DNA of 64,000 nucleotides. It comes from a virus. The position numbers were made by a program, and so were the translations under genes. The notes beneath the pieces are model-generated. The model searched no databases and had not been told where the DNA came from. It worked only from the letters and a program-made list of their open reading frames with translations. The stretch covers positions 5,195-69,194 of the IMG/VR virus record IMGVR_UViG_3300042549_002989; one strand, 5' to 3'. Each line of letters opens with the position of its first letter. Within the stretch, counting starts at the first letter, position 1. Of this stretch, positions 9,520-19,119 are shown in pieces.

Positions 9520-10929
9520 ATGTCTGGCTTTACAATTCCAAACACGCCTGATTCATTCAATCAAAATCAGGCAGAGCCAGACTCCCTAGACTTCCAAATT
9601 TTAGGAAATCAAAGAAGTGGTGTAGTCAGTGGCTGTGCTGTTAGCACTAATGCTACTGCTCAAAAAGTAACTGTTGCCGCTGGTGAGGTACTCATCAATG
9701 GCTCGTACTACCCATACGCTGGTGGAGTAGTTGATTTAACTGCTTACACATCACCTGCCTTCTTTGATGTTATATACGCCCGTTTATCGGGATCAACCGT
9801 TACTTGTTATGCAGTTGCCCCTGCAACTGGTAGCACAAACCCTAGATTCCCATCATCTGGTTCTGGTGCAAACCAAGTAAACCTTGACACGACAGATGTT
9901 GTATTGGCGTCTGTATACCGTGTTGATAATAGTGTTGTAGATTCAGGAGCCATCGTTGACAAGCGTGTCTTTGTGCGTTCTACCACAAACCGTACCCTTG
10001 GGGATACTGTCTCTGCTAACAGAGGTTCTGCTGGTGACACCTTCGTCAATACTTCATGGACACCTGGAAGCACGACTGCTTCTCCGTTTTCAGTAAAAGT
10101 TGGGGCAACTTGGTACAACCTTGCATACTGGACGGCTAACAGTAACATCTCTACTTCTGGCACCATTACAGCAGGTTCTTTTGTAGGACCACTGTCAGGT
10201 AATGCAACTACTGCTACAAGTGCCACAAGCGCTACAAGTGCAGGCACCGTTCCTTGGTCGGGTGTTTCTGGAAAACCATCTCTAGTAGAAAATAACAATG
10301 GAACTTATTCCATTAACATCAGTGGTTCTGCTGGTTATGCTTCTAATGCTGGTTATGCTAATTCTACAAATCTTGCTGCAACTGCTTCAAGACTTCAATA
10401 TGGTACCACCCTCTTTATGGCGCAAAACTATCCGAATCACAATGGGAATGATTTCTGGGATGTTTTTGGTGACATGGATTTGAATGGAACCGTTTTCTAT
10501 ATAAACCCAGGACCGTCTTCAGTGACAGAGGGCATAGTTCGTACTTCTACAGGCGAGTTAAAAAAGAACAGCGCTTCTGGAGTTTCTCTTCGTGACTACA
10601 AAGAAGACATTGTTCCAATGGAAAACGCCTTGGCTAAATTGTCATTGCTTCAACCAAGAAACTTCAGATTTAAAGAAGAAATATTGGTTCCAAATGAACC
10701 ATATGATATTTTTAATAGGCGCACACAACTTCAATATGGTTTTGTCATGGAAGAAGTACAGGAGTCTGTACCTGACTTGGTGATGCACAAATCATCTGAT
10801 GGCATAAACCACGAGGCAATGTACTGGAAAGAGCCTGGCATGATTGCTTTGGCTATTGGAGCAATACAAGAATTGTTAGCGAAAGTTGATTTACTAGAAG
10901 CACGAGTTGAAGCCTTAGAGGGTAAATGA
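9520..10929 (+). CDS. Fibre protein with C-terminal intramolecular chaperone (peptidase S74-like)
   Basis: GNATTATSATSA fibre repeats; SLRDYKEDI Ser-Lys autocleavage motif, YGFVMEEV, terminal coiled coil AIQELLAKVDLLE. Confidence 0.8.
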   Translation: MSGFTIPNTPDSFNQNQAEPDSLDFQILGNQRSGVVSGCAVSTNATAQKVTVAAGEVLINGSYYPYAGGVVDLTAYTSPAFFDVIYARLSGSTVTCYAVAPATGSTNPRFPSSGSGANQVNLDTTDVVLASVYRVDNSVVDSGAIVDKRVFVRSTTNRTLGDTVSANRGSAGDTFVNTSWTPGSTTASPFSVKVGATWYNLAYWTANSNISTSGTITAGSFVGPLSGNATTATSATSATSAGTVPWSGVSGKPSLVENNNGTYSINISGSAGYASNAGYANSTNLAATASRLQYGTTLFMAQNYPNHNGNDFWDVFGDMDLNGTVFYINPGPSSVTEGIVRTSTGELKKNSASGVSLRDYKEDIVPMENALAKLSLLQPRNFRFKEEILVPNEPYDIFNRRTQLQYGFVMEEVQESVPDLVMHKSSDGINHEAMYWKEPGMIALAIGAIQELLAKVDLLEARVEALEGK

Positions 10930-11084
10930 GTGAAGAACCACGCCCTCTACCCACACCAACAGGGTCGGTAACTGACATCACTCGTGTGCGTTCTGTTATG
11001 TCCCACAGACACCGTGAACAACAGCCACAAGTCAACCAACCATACCAAGACACCCTTCCAGGTGCGGGTTCAGGAGATCAATAA
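10926..11084 (+). CDS. Small hypothetical protein (52 aa, not in ORF track)
   Basis: ATGA overlap upstream and TAATG overlap downstream; MSEEPRPLPTPTGSV... Confidence 0.6.
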   Translation: MSEEPRPLPTPTGSVTDITRVRSVMSHRHREQQPQVNQPYQDTLPGAGSGDQ

Positions 11085-11902
11085 TGGCGTCTACAACTAG
11101 CACTGGATTAACAGTCCTTGAACATACCATTCAATTGGCTCGCAACTACCTTCGTGATTTCCCTAAGTTCTTTCAAGTATCGTTTGACACTATTGGTCGC
11201 ACCTACGAGTTGGGTCAAGTAAACATTGACCCAGACAGCATTTGGGTGGCTACAGTTACCAGCAATGTTGTTACCCAATTAACCACGGCGCAATACAGCC
11301 TTGACCACCGTAATGGAATTATGCGCCTTGCCAGCACCCCTGCGGCTAATACCACCATAATGATTGAAGGGTATTACTACGAGTGGGTTCTTCCTGAAGA
11401 TTTACAGTTTTACGCAGAGCGTTCAATTAACTTCCATAAACCTACTATTGACATTCCTTTAGAGCAGGCTAACCAAGCAGTATTGGATGTAATCGGCTTA
11501 GGCGCTCTTATAGAGGCTCTACAAGCCCTTATGACAGAGTACGCCCGTGATATTGATGTCATGACATCAGAATCCATCCACATACCTGGATCTCAGCGTT
11601 TCCGTATGCTCCAGAGCCTGTGCCAGCAATGGGAGGTTGAGTACCACAAGCACGCCAATAACCTCAACATTGGTCCTGAGCGTATTTCTCAATTCAGCCT
11701 TCGCCGTATTTCTCGCACAACCAATCGTTATGTACCTCTATACAAGGGTAAGGAAATTGGCGAATATGGTCCAATTGAGCGTATCTTTATTGAAGATACG
11801 GAAGGACATATCCTTATTACAGAGGCGGATGAGCCACTGCGTGAAGATGTGTTTATTGACGGTGAACCCCCAACTGCTTACTCAAGCAACGCTTTTTACT
11901 AA
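11084..11902 (+). CDS. Head-tail adaptor/neck protein
   Basis: Position in the neck module; IHIPGSQRFRML motif. Confidence 0.6.
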   Translation: MASTTSTGLTVLEHTIQLARNYLRDFPKFFQVSFDTIGRTYELGQVNIDPDSIWVATVTSNVVTQLTTAQYSLDHRNGIMRLASTPAANTTIMIEGYYYEWVLPEDLQFYAERSINFHKPTIDIPLEQANQAVLDVIGLGALIEALQALMTEYARDIDVMTSESIHIPGSQRFRMLQSLCQQWEVEYHKHANNLNIGPERISQFSLRRISRTTNRYVPLYKGKEIGEYGPIERIFIEDTEGHILITEADEPLREDVFIDGEPPTAYSSNAFY

Positions 11903-12438
11903 TGGAAATCCGCAGAGAACTAGGAAACATTAGAAAGCACTACCGTAGGTACCAGCAAGCCTATGGTGAGTCTGTGGTCTGGTTTGAGTTCACTCCACTA
12001 GGCACAAACACCTCAACCCAGTCCGTGTATGACGATGTGTACGATGAAGGCGTTCCTGGTACTGGTGGACGCAGATACAAAAATGGTGTTGTAGTCCCTA
12101 TCTTGATGGTTACTGAGGCTGAAGACCAAAAGCGTGCTATTCCAGAAGGCCGTCAGGCTGTGGAATTGGCTAACTTTGTGGCGTCTATCCAAGACTTCCG
12201 AGAGGCTGGGGTTACCTCCCCATACGAATATAAAAGCCATTTAAATGATATGTTTTTATATGACGGGCGCTACTTTTCAGTGGTGTCCTACCGTGTCCGT
12301 GGACGAGCCTCTGACGATGTTATTGTCGTGGTTGAAGGTATTGAAGTCTATATTAATCAAGAAATGCCTTTTGATGTGGGACCAGCAGCGACCTCTTCAC
12401 AGAACCTTCCTTGGCCTTCTGCGTTACCTCAACTCTGA
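11902..12438 (+). CDS. Head closure/stopper-like protein
   Basis: Position; DMFLYDGRYFSV beta-barrel pattern. Confidence 0.55.
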   Translation: MEIRRELGNIRKHYRRYQQAYGESVVWFEFTPLGTNTSTQSVYDDVYDEGVPGTGGRRYKNGVVVPILMVTEAEDQKRAIPEGRQAVELANFVASIQDFREAGVTSPYEYKSHLNDMFLYDGRYFSVVSYRVRGRASDDVIVVVEGIEVYINQEMPFDVGPAATSSQNLPWPSALPQL

Positions 12439-12502
12439 TAAACTGTATATAACCTTAGTAAGCACTAAGGGGTACAACGCCTAGAGTCCCGTGGGAGAAG
12501 TA

Positions 12503-12904
12503 ATGACTTCTGCACAACTGCATACATCCAAGGACTCTAAGGGTATTATTCACGGTGAGTTTCCTTTTATTTTTGCTCTAGAAACCCTTGTGGCAAAATA
12601 CCCAGAAGCCGTAGCGGAAGCAGTCGCTGAGACCCTAAGCAATGAACAAACTCATTTATCTAATGTGATGTCTGACCACCCAGACTGGGCGCATTTATCT
12701 GACAAAGCACAAGTCAGTATTTCTGATGGCAGTTTAGAATATGGTGTAAATGAACCATCTGATGAAACAAACATGCTTGAATTTGGTGATCCTAGTAAGA
12801 GAGTAGTGGCTACTGGTCTCCTTCGTTCTACAGCGTTTAAGCGCTCACAAGATATTAAAAAACAACTTACTGAGGCTGTATCCCGTAAGTTGGGTGGCTT
12901 CTAA
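12503..12904 (+). CDS. Neck/tail completion protein (HK97 gp10-like position)
   Basis: LEFGD...TGLLR pattern; position. Confidence 0.45.
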   Translation: MTSAQLHTSKDSKGIIHGEFPFIFALETLVAKYPEAVAEAVAETLSNEQTHLSNVMSDHPDWAHLSDKAQVSISDGSLEYGVNEPSDETNMLEFGDPSKRVVATGLLRSTAFKRSQDIKKQLTEAVSRKLGGF

Positions 12905-13584
12905 TGCCAAATAAGGGTTTCCTTCTTGCTGAAGATGCGGCTCTTAAAGCACGCTTTTCTACTTTGACAGTATCCGATGACCGTAATGGCGCTCGTCCTG
13001 TACAAGTGTTCTACCGTTATCCAGAGGCAGAAACTGAGCGTGCTTATCCTTTCATGACTATTGAAATGATTGACCTAGTCCACGCTAAAAATCGTCAGCA
13101 TTCTGAAAATCAATTGGTGTATGCAAAGCCTGGGGTACCACAACGCAGTAGATTCAACAATGGTCCTACCTCTATGAACTACTGGCCTAGCCGTCTTTCT
13201 GACATGAGCACTATTACAAACATTGGCACAAACGAGTTTGTAGTCAGTAACGAATTTGTACCTGTAGACCTTTTATACCAAGTTTCTACATTTACTCGTA
13301 GTGCTCTCCATGATCGCCAACTTAGCAGTCAAATGTTGAGTACAATTGTTCCATTCCGAAAGGGCTTTATTGAAGTCCCAGAGGATGGCACAATGCGGAG
13401 ATTAGATCTTTTGGATTGGACAACTGCGGACCTTTTGGACTCTGAGTCTGGATACCGTAAGCGTATTTTCCGAAAGATTTACACACTTCAAATGTCGGCT
13501 GAGATACCCTCACTTGACATGTTTGGTCTACAACAAATCACTTCAATTGTTCCAACAGTTGAACCAATCACAAGTAACTCGTAA
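12904..13584 (+). CDS. Tail terminator / sheath-stabiliser-like protein
   Basis: YPFMTIE and PVDLLYQV motifs; directly before the sheath gene. Confidence 0.6.
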   Translation: MPNKGFLLAEDAALKARFSTLTVSDDRNGARPVQVFYRYPEAETERAYPFMTIEMIDLVHAKNRQHSENQLVYAKPGVPQRSRFNNGPTSMNYWPSRLSDMSTITNIGTNEFVVSNEFVPVDLLYQVSTFTRSALHDRQLSSQMLSTIVPFRKGFIEVPEDGTMRRLDLLDWTTADLLDSESGYRKRIFRKIYTLQMSAEIPSLDMFGLQQITSIVPTVEPITSNS

Positions 13585-13610
13585 CCCCCGTTTATTGCTA
13601 AGGAGCAACA

Positions 13611-15194
13611 ATGGCAACATATACTCGCCCAGGTGTATACATCACCGAAGGTCCATTTTCTACAGCCACAGCAGTTGGTACTGAGGTAACGCCCACAGCG
13701 TTCCTTGGTACTGTATCTCGTGGACCAATTGTCCCAACACGAATTGATTCGTGGGGTCAATACAAGACACTTTACGGTGACCTAACCAACTCATCTGACC
13801 TTGGTTACGCTGTTTACCACTTCTTTTCAAACGGTGGTCGCACTGCTTATGTCAACCGTGTTGCACATACAACAACCACAGGTGGAGCCGCTGATCTCAA
13901 AGCAAAATCTGGGTCAATTACAGGAACCATTGCTGGTGGTGCTAACACAACATTGTTCAGAGTACAAGCAAAAAATGTTGGTACTTGGGCAAACTATGCA
14001 GCCGCTACAGGAACCACCACTGAAGTTGGTCTTAAAGTAATTATCACTGCGGGATTGCGTAATGGTGTTGCTGAAAGCATTGGTGGAACAGGTGCACCTC
14101 TTACTTTCAACCTTGCTGTTGTGTTTAACGGTTCTGAAGTAGAGCGCTGGAATGAAGTATCCCTTGATCCAGACTCCCCACAGTACATCACTACTATTGT
14201 TAACTCTTATTCAACTTTTGTAGATGTTTATGAAGTAGATGCCACACTTGTTGCTGGCGTGGTTTACACCATCACTGCTGCAACATACCCTCTAGGAGTC
14301 ACTGCGGGAACCAACGGCACTGTTGTAGATGGCGACTGGACAGCCGCTATTGATACATTAGAAAGTGTTGAAGGTGCCTTGTTGATCAACCTTGTTGGTC
14401 AATCAACTGCTTCACGAGTTAACTATGCCCTTACCTACGCTGAAACTCGTGGAAATGGTTTTGTCATTATTGATCCAGACCCAACACAACTTTTGACTGC
14501 TGGTATTACTGGTATTACCAACACTTATAACAAGTCTTCCTATGGTGCTGTGTACTACCCAATGATCAAGATGCCAGACCCTGCTCGTTCAGGAACTGCC
14601 ACCCTTCGTAATACCTATCCAGGTGGGGCAGTCGCTGGATTGTTTACTCGTGTTGAGGCAGAGCGTTCAGTTGGCAAAGCCCCAGCAGGGTACGCCTATG
14701 ATGTTCGTGGTTCTTATGGTCTTGCCAAGAACTTTACTAACACTGAGACAGGATTGTTGTATGACGCACATGTCAACAGCCTAAAGAACATTCCTGGCGG
14801 TGGAGTCATTATCAATGGCTCTCGTACTCTCAAGCGCACCGATATCACAAAGTATGTTCCTGTTCGCCGTACCTTGAACTATGTCAAGTCCAATGTTGAA
14901 AACATTGCACAATACGCATTGTTTGAACCAAACGGTGAGCGTACATGGACACAACTTAATAGCCGTCTTTCACGCTTCCTTTCGGACTTGTGGGGAGCAG
15001 GCGCTCTCAAGGGACGCAACGCTGTTGAGTCGTTCTACATTATTTGTGATGCCACAAACAATCCTGATTATGCAGTACAAAATGGTGAACTTCATGTAGA
15101 GGTAGGTGTAGCACTACAAGCACCTGCTGAATTTATCGTTATCAATATCAGCCAGTTCTCTGGCGGAACCAACACCACCGTAGAAACGGTTTAA
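13611..15194 (+). CDS. Contractile tail sheath protein
   Basis: RPGVYITE N-terminus, FFSNGG, KAPAG, YVPVRR, FEPN and PAEFIVI motifs. Confidence 0.95.
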   Translation: MATYTRPGVYITEGPFSTATAVGTEVTPTAFLGTVSRGPIVPTRIDSWGQYKTLYGDLTNSSDLGYAVYHFFSNGGRTAYVNRVAHTTTTGGAADLKAKSGSITGTIAGGANTTLFRVQAKNVGTWANYAAATGTTTEVGLKVIITAGLRNGVAESIGGTGAPLTFNLAVVFNGSEVERWNEVSLDPDSPQYITTIVNSYSTFVDVYEVDATLVAGVVYTITAATYPLGVTAGTNGTVVDGDWTAAIDTLESVEGALLINLVGQSTASRVNYALTYAETRGNGFVIIDPDPTQLLTAGITGITNTYNKSSYGAVYYPMIKMPDPARSGTATLRNTYPGGAVAGLFTRVEAERSVGKAPAGYAYDVRGSYGLAKNFTNTETGLLYDAHVNSLKNIPGGGVIINGSRTLKRTDITKYVPVRRTLNYVKSNVENIAQYALFEPNGERTWTQLNSRLSRFLSDLWGAGALKGRNAVESFYIICDATNNPDYAVQNGELHVEVGVALQAPAEFIVINISQFSGGTNTTVETV

Positions 15195-15207
15195 GGAGTA
15201 AATAAAA

Positions 15208-15825
15208 ATGACAATTGCACAACGCACCGACCCACTTCGTAACTTTAAGTTTCAAGTAACAATTGAGCCTAATGGGTCTGCTTTAAAAACAATGACCCCT
15301 AATATTGCACAACTTGGGTTTTCCACCATGAGTGGTTTAAGTGTTACCAACGATTTGCTTGCATATCGTGAAGGTGGTATGAACACTCACACACATAAAA
15401 TGGTTGGTCTATCTGACTTTAGCGCCGTATCGTTTGTTCGTGGTGTTTTTGCTGAAGGAAACGAACTATGGAAATGGCAACAGTTTATCCATTCATGGGA
15501 AAGTGGTGTACCTAACGGTAGCAAAGGCACAGATTCAGGACACGATTATCGTTGTGACATCACTGTTGCTGTGTATGACCACCCAACAACTTCAAATGCG
15601 TACACCTACTCAAATGGTGAGAGCCTGAACACAACATCTTCAAAAGCAATTGGTAACAAGCGCTTAATGATGAAACTGTTTAACTGCTGGCCTGGAGCAT
15701 TCAACCTTGGTGGTTTGAGTGCTGGAGACAGTGGTCTTATGGTACAAGAACTTACAGTTCACCATGAAGGATTTGTGTTAGCATTCTCCGCAGCAGAGGC
15801 TTCTAATTACTCTCTGATTTGGTAA
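15208..15825 (+). CDS. Tail tube protein (T4 gp19-like)
   Basis: DPLRNFKF, YREGG, WP and ELTVHHEG motifs. Confidence 0.9.
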   Translation: MTIAQRTDPLRNFKFQVTIEPNGSALKTMTPNIAQLGFSTMSGLSVTNDLLAYREGGMNTHTHKMVGLSDFSAVSFVRGVFAEGNELWKWQQFIHSWESGVPNGSKGTDSGHDYRCDITVAVYDHPTTSNAYTYSNGESLNTTSSKAIGNKRLMMKLFNCWPGAFNLGGLSAGDSGLMVQELTVHHEGFVLAFSAAEASNYSLIW

Positions 15826-15846
15826 AACTAAAAGAAAGATTACAAA

Positions 15847-16647
15847 ATGTCAGACAACTTATCCTCACTTGTACAAAGTGCAAACGCCGCTCTTGAAGAC
15901 CCAGCACCATTTATTGACTCAACTCCACCGACTGATGTTCAGTTGATTAAAGGTTTATTTAATGAAGAAACACGGGAATGGGAAACAACGGCAGTTGTAA
16001 GAGAACTAACGGGAGAAGACGAGGAAGCCTTAGCAACTTTTGACGCAAAGGAAGATATTACTTATGGTGAATATCTAGTCCATCTTCTTCAGCGTGCTGT
16101 AGTAAGCATTGGTTCACAAGAAGTAAAGAACAACAAAGACATCATTGATAAGTTAATTATTGGTGATCGTGATGTTCTATTCTTGGCAGTAATTCGTGCA
16201 ACATACGGTAGGACTCGTGAAGTTCAATTAACATGTGGAAATTGTGGTGGAAGTAATGATGTCACAATTGATTTAGAAGAAGACTTCAAAATGGAAAAAA
16301 CAGACAGAGATTTGTCTGCTCCATTTGTTGTCACTTTAAAAAATGGAAAAGTTGCATCTTTTAATATGCCAACTACTGGTGACAGTCGTTATGCATCTAA
16401 AAAGGGTAAGACTGCGGCAGAACAAAATACATGCATCATTGCCCGATGTTTACAACTTGATGAGGGTAACCACCTTTCTCGTGAAGATTGGGCAAAGAAA
16501 CTAAGTGTTGCAGATCGTAAAAAGATTATAAAAGAAATTACCTCGGTACAACCAGGTCCTCGTATGGGGGAGGTGGAGACTCAGTGTGCCCATTGTGAAC
16601 AAGAATTAATAGTGGTGTTGGATTGGGTCTCACTTTTATTCAGTTAA
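15847..16647 (+). CDS. Tail/baseplate-hub assembly chaperone
   Basis: VRELTGEDEE, IGDRD and two CxxC pairs; between tube and tape measure genes. Confidence 0.75.
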   Translation: MSDNLSSLVQSANAALEDPAPFIDSTPPTDVQLIKGLFNEETREWETTAVVRELTGEDEEALATFDAKEDITYGEYLVHLLQRAVVSIGSQEVKNNKDIIDKLIIGDRDVLFLAVIRATYGRTREVQLTCGNCGGSNDVTIDLEEDFKMEKTDRDLSAPFVVTLKNGKVASFNMPTTGDSRYASKKGKTAAEQNTCIIARCLQLDEGNHLSREDWAKKLSVADRKKIIKEITSVQPGPRMGEVETQCAHCEQELIVVLDWVSLLFS

Positions 16648-16780
16648 TCTGAAGTTTATTTATTGGGAATATGAAAAGATTGCCTCTGCGTACAGAGGCT
16701 TTGGTCTAAATGACCTTAAGTCAATGTCCGTGCGTCAGCGTGCCTACTGGTTTGGTATGGCAAAGTGGCGTAATAAATAA
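16613..16780 (+). CDS. Frameshift extension of the tail assembly chaperone (+1 frame, no plausible start of its own)
   Basis: +1 frame is open only from 16613 and reads ...YWEYEKIASAYRGFGLNDLKSMSVRQRAYW...; fills the gap before the tape measure gene. Confidence 0.65.
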   Translation, partial: WCWIGSHFYSVNLKFIYWEYEKIASAYRGFGLNDLKSMSVRQRAYWFGMAKWRNK

Positions 16781-16794
16781 AGAAATAATAAATA

Positions 16795-19119
16795 ATGGCT
16801 CCAAGAATCCCAGATAATCAAGGTGGTGAAGTTCCACTTGACCGTACAGGTAACCCGTCATCGGGTGCCGCTGGGCGTACTTCTCTTGGACTAGATGCTC
16901 GTGAAGTTGATCGTCTTGTATCTGGTATTGACAAAATCACTAGTGCTGTTACCAGACTTAAGGACACAGCCACAGGAGCCGTTAAAGCACTAGGTGGTAT
17001 TGGTAGCAACACTGTCGGTGGTGGTGGTGGTGTAGGTGGTTCACCAACTTCTAGAGGCTCTGTTGGTGGCTCTATGTCTTCAGCCATGGGTCTTATGGCA
17101 AACGCTCGTGGTGGTAGTGCCGCCCGTGGTGGTGGTGGCGGTGGTAGTGCCATCCCTACAAGCACAGGTGGTGCTGGAGGAGGAGGGGGTGGTGGTAGCG
17201 GTCTTGGCGCAAGTGCCATGAAGTTAATAAACACTATGGGACAGCCAGCACAGGATTTTTCAAATTACATGAGTAGCCGTATTGGTCAAGGTGCTGATTA
17301 CTCATTACAAGCAGACAGAATGTCTACTCAACTACAACAGATGTATGGTATGTCTAATAGTCAAGTGCGCAACCAGATGCGTATGCCGTTGACTAGTCAT
17401 TACCTTTTGGGTGGTGGCACAGCCATTAATGATTTGTTAGGAATGCAAGCAAACACAGGGTTGTCTGCATCCAAGAATGCTTCGTCTGTAGAGGCTATGC
17501 GTGCTGTATCTGGGTTCTCATATGGCTCAGGTGACATTACCAAAATGCTTTCTACAATGGGTTCCCCTGATGTAGCCAACCGTATGTTCATGATGGGTGG
17601 CACAGGCATGTACAAAATGGGTGGAGAACAACGCTCAGGAATGCAGAGTATCCAAGACATAGTACGCCGTACTGGATTAACAAACCCTGAAGCCCTTAAG
17701 GGTGCTCTTCAGCAAGGTTCTAACACACGACAGCGACTAAACGCTATGGGTGTTCCACAGGACATGCAAGACATGGTTATTCAATATGCCATGCAAAACT
17801 CTCAATTTCAGAAAAAGACTGGTGGGGAAACAATGTATGACCCATCAGTTGAAGCAGACCGTAAGACTATGGGTATTGAAGACAACTATGCAGTGTCCCA
17901 TGAAAAGACTTCGGGAGAACGAATTAAGCGTGAAGAAAAATTCTATGGTCGTCAAACAGATAACTTTTCACGGTTTGAAAAAAACCTTAGAACTTCTACA
18001 AAAATGCTTTCAATGTTTGAAGATGCATTGTCAGGCATTATTGGATTAGGTATTTCTGCAAAAGGACATCCAATTACTAACACCGTTTCATACGGTATGA
18101 ACGCTTTTAAAAATTTTCAGATGGCTGCTCTTGAAACAGGAATAGATGCCGCTGCTGCTATGGGTCCTGGTGGTGACCCTGTGGATTCTAAAAAATCAAC
18201 AGGGACATCAGCAAATGTTGGCTCTAGTGGTTCTGCACAAAATGTTAAATTAAATAAAGAGGACGAATCAAAACTAGCAACTCTTGATCCTCGGTTGGCT
18301 GTGCCACTACGCAGAATGATGGAAGCAAATCCCAATCTTCATATCGGTGATGCTCGCCGTTCTACTGCGCAACAAGAACAAGGTTTTAGAGATAGATATC
18401 GCCCTACTAACAAACCTGTATCTGAAAAAGGTGAAACAGATAGAATCTGGAAGGGTGTTGTATGGGAAATGAAACCAGGAGAAAAAAGACCACCAATGGC
18501 TCCTCCAGGACAATCTTTCCATGAACGAGGACTAGCAGTTGACTTGTCTCAATCGGAAAGTGAATGGCTTAGGAACAACGCATCTAGGTTTGGCTTAGAA
18601 ACAGGTGCTACTACTAAGGGTGCCCGAAGTGATGAACCATTCCACATTCAGCCAGCAGGAACCTTGGGGTACTCAGGACCAAACTCAGCGTCTAGTTCTG
18701 CAAAAGCGGCATCTGGTGCAGGTGTATCAAAATCATCCGTGCGTAAATTGAGTTCTGTTGTTTCACCTCTTGCAACAAATAGTTTAACAAGTGCCCCAGC
18801 AACCCTTAAAAATGCTGGTTCAATGGCTAGTGAATTTCTGCGTAGTGGTGGTTGGAAGACCGAAAGTTCTTCCATTGGATCAACAGAAAAAATTGGAACA
18901 CTAAGCAACTATGGCAACTCTGTTGCCCAAGGTGGTGACCCTGTAGACCGTGGTAATTACTCTATGGGCGGCTCACAAGGAGCAGGGTCCATTGTTATTT
19001 CTCCAAATATCTATCTGAATGGAGGACAAGATATGACATCTGATTTACGCCGTATTGCAAAAGAAGTAGGTGCCCTACTTGAGCAAGAAGTTAAATTGAA
19101 AATGATGAGGACCTCATAA
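16795..19119 (+). CDS. Tape measure protein with M15/VanY-like peptidoglycan peptidase domain
   Basis: Position; Gly-rich and helical N-half; R..., APPGQSFHERGLAVD and EPFH zinc-peptidase motifs. Confidence 0.85.
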   Translation: MAPRIPDNQGGEVPLDRTGNPSSGAAGRTSLGLDAREVDRLVSGIDKITSAVTRLKDTATGAVKALGGIGSNTVGGGGGVGGSPTSRGSVGGSMSSAMGLMANARGGSAARGGGGGGSAIPTSTGGAGGGGGGGSGLGASAMKLINTMGQPAQDFSNYMSSRIGQGADYSLQADRMSTQLQQMYGMSNSQVRNQMRMPLTSHYLLGGGTAINDLLGMQANTGLSASKNASSVEAMRAVSGFSYGSGDITKMLSTMGSPDVANRMFMMGGTGMYKMGGEQRSGMQSIQDIVRRTGLTNPEALKGALQQGSNTRQRLNAMGVPQDMQDMVIQYAMQNSQFQKKTGGETMYDPSVEADRKTMGIEDNYAVSHEKTSGERIKREEKFYGRQTDNFSRFEKNLRTSTKMLSMFEDALSGIIGLGISAKGHPITNTVSYGMNAFKNFQMAALETGIDAAAAMGPGGDPVDSKKSTGTSANVGSSGSAQNVKLNKEDESKLATLDPRLAVPLRRMMEANPNLHIGDARRSTAQQEQGFRDRYRPTNKPVSEKGETDRIWKGVVWEMKPGEKRPPMAPPGQSFHERGLAVDLSQSESEWLRNNASRFGLETGATTKGARSDEPFHIQPAGTLGYSGPNSASSSAKAASGAGVSKSSVRKLSSVVSPLATNSLTSAPATLKNAGSMASEFLRSGGWKTESSSIGSTEKIGTLSNYGNSVAQGGDPVDRGNYSMGGSQGAGSIVISPNIYLNGGQDMTSDLRRIAKEVGALLEQEVKLKMMRTS

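Noticed and set aside
17010-17210. GGT-rich repeat as a separate element
   Set aside because: It simply encodes the Gly-rich linker of the tape measure protein.
9807-18908. Antisense ORFs in the track overlapping structural genes (e.g. 9807-10298, 16818-17234)
   Set aside because: Shadow frames of well-supported plus-strand genes, with no SD or recognisable motifs.
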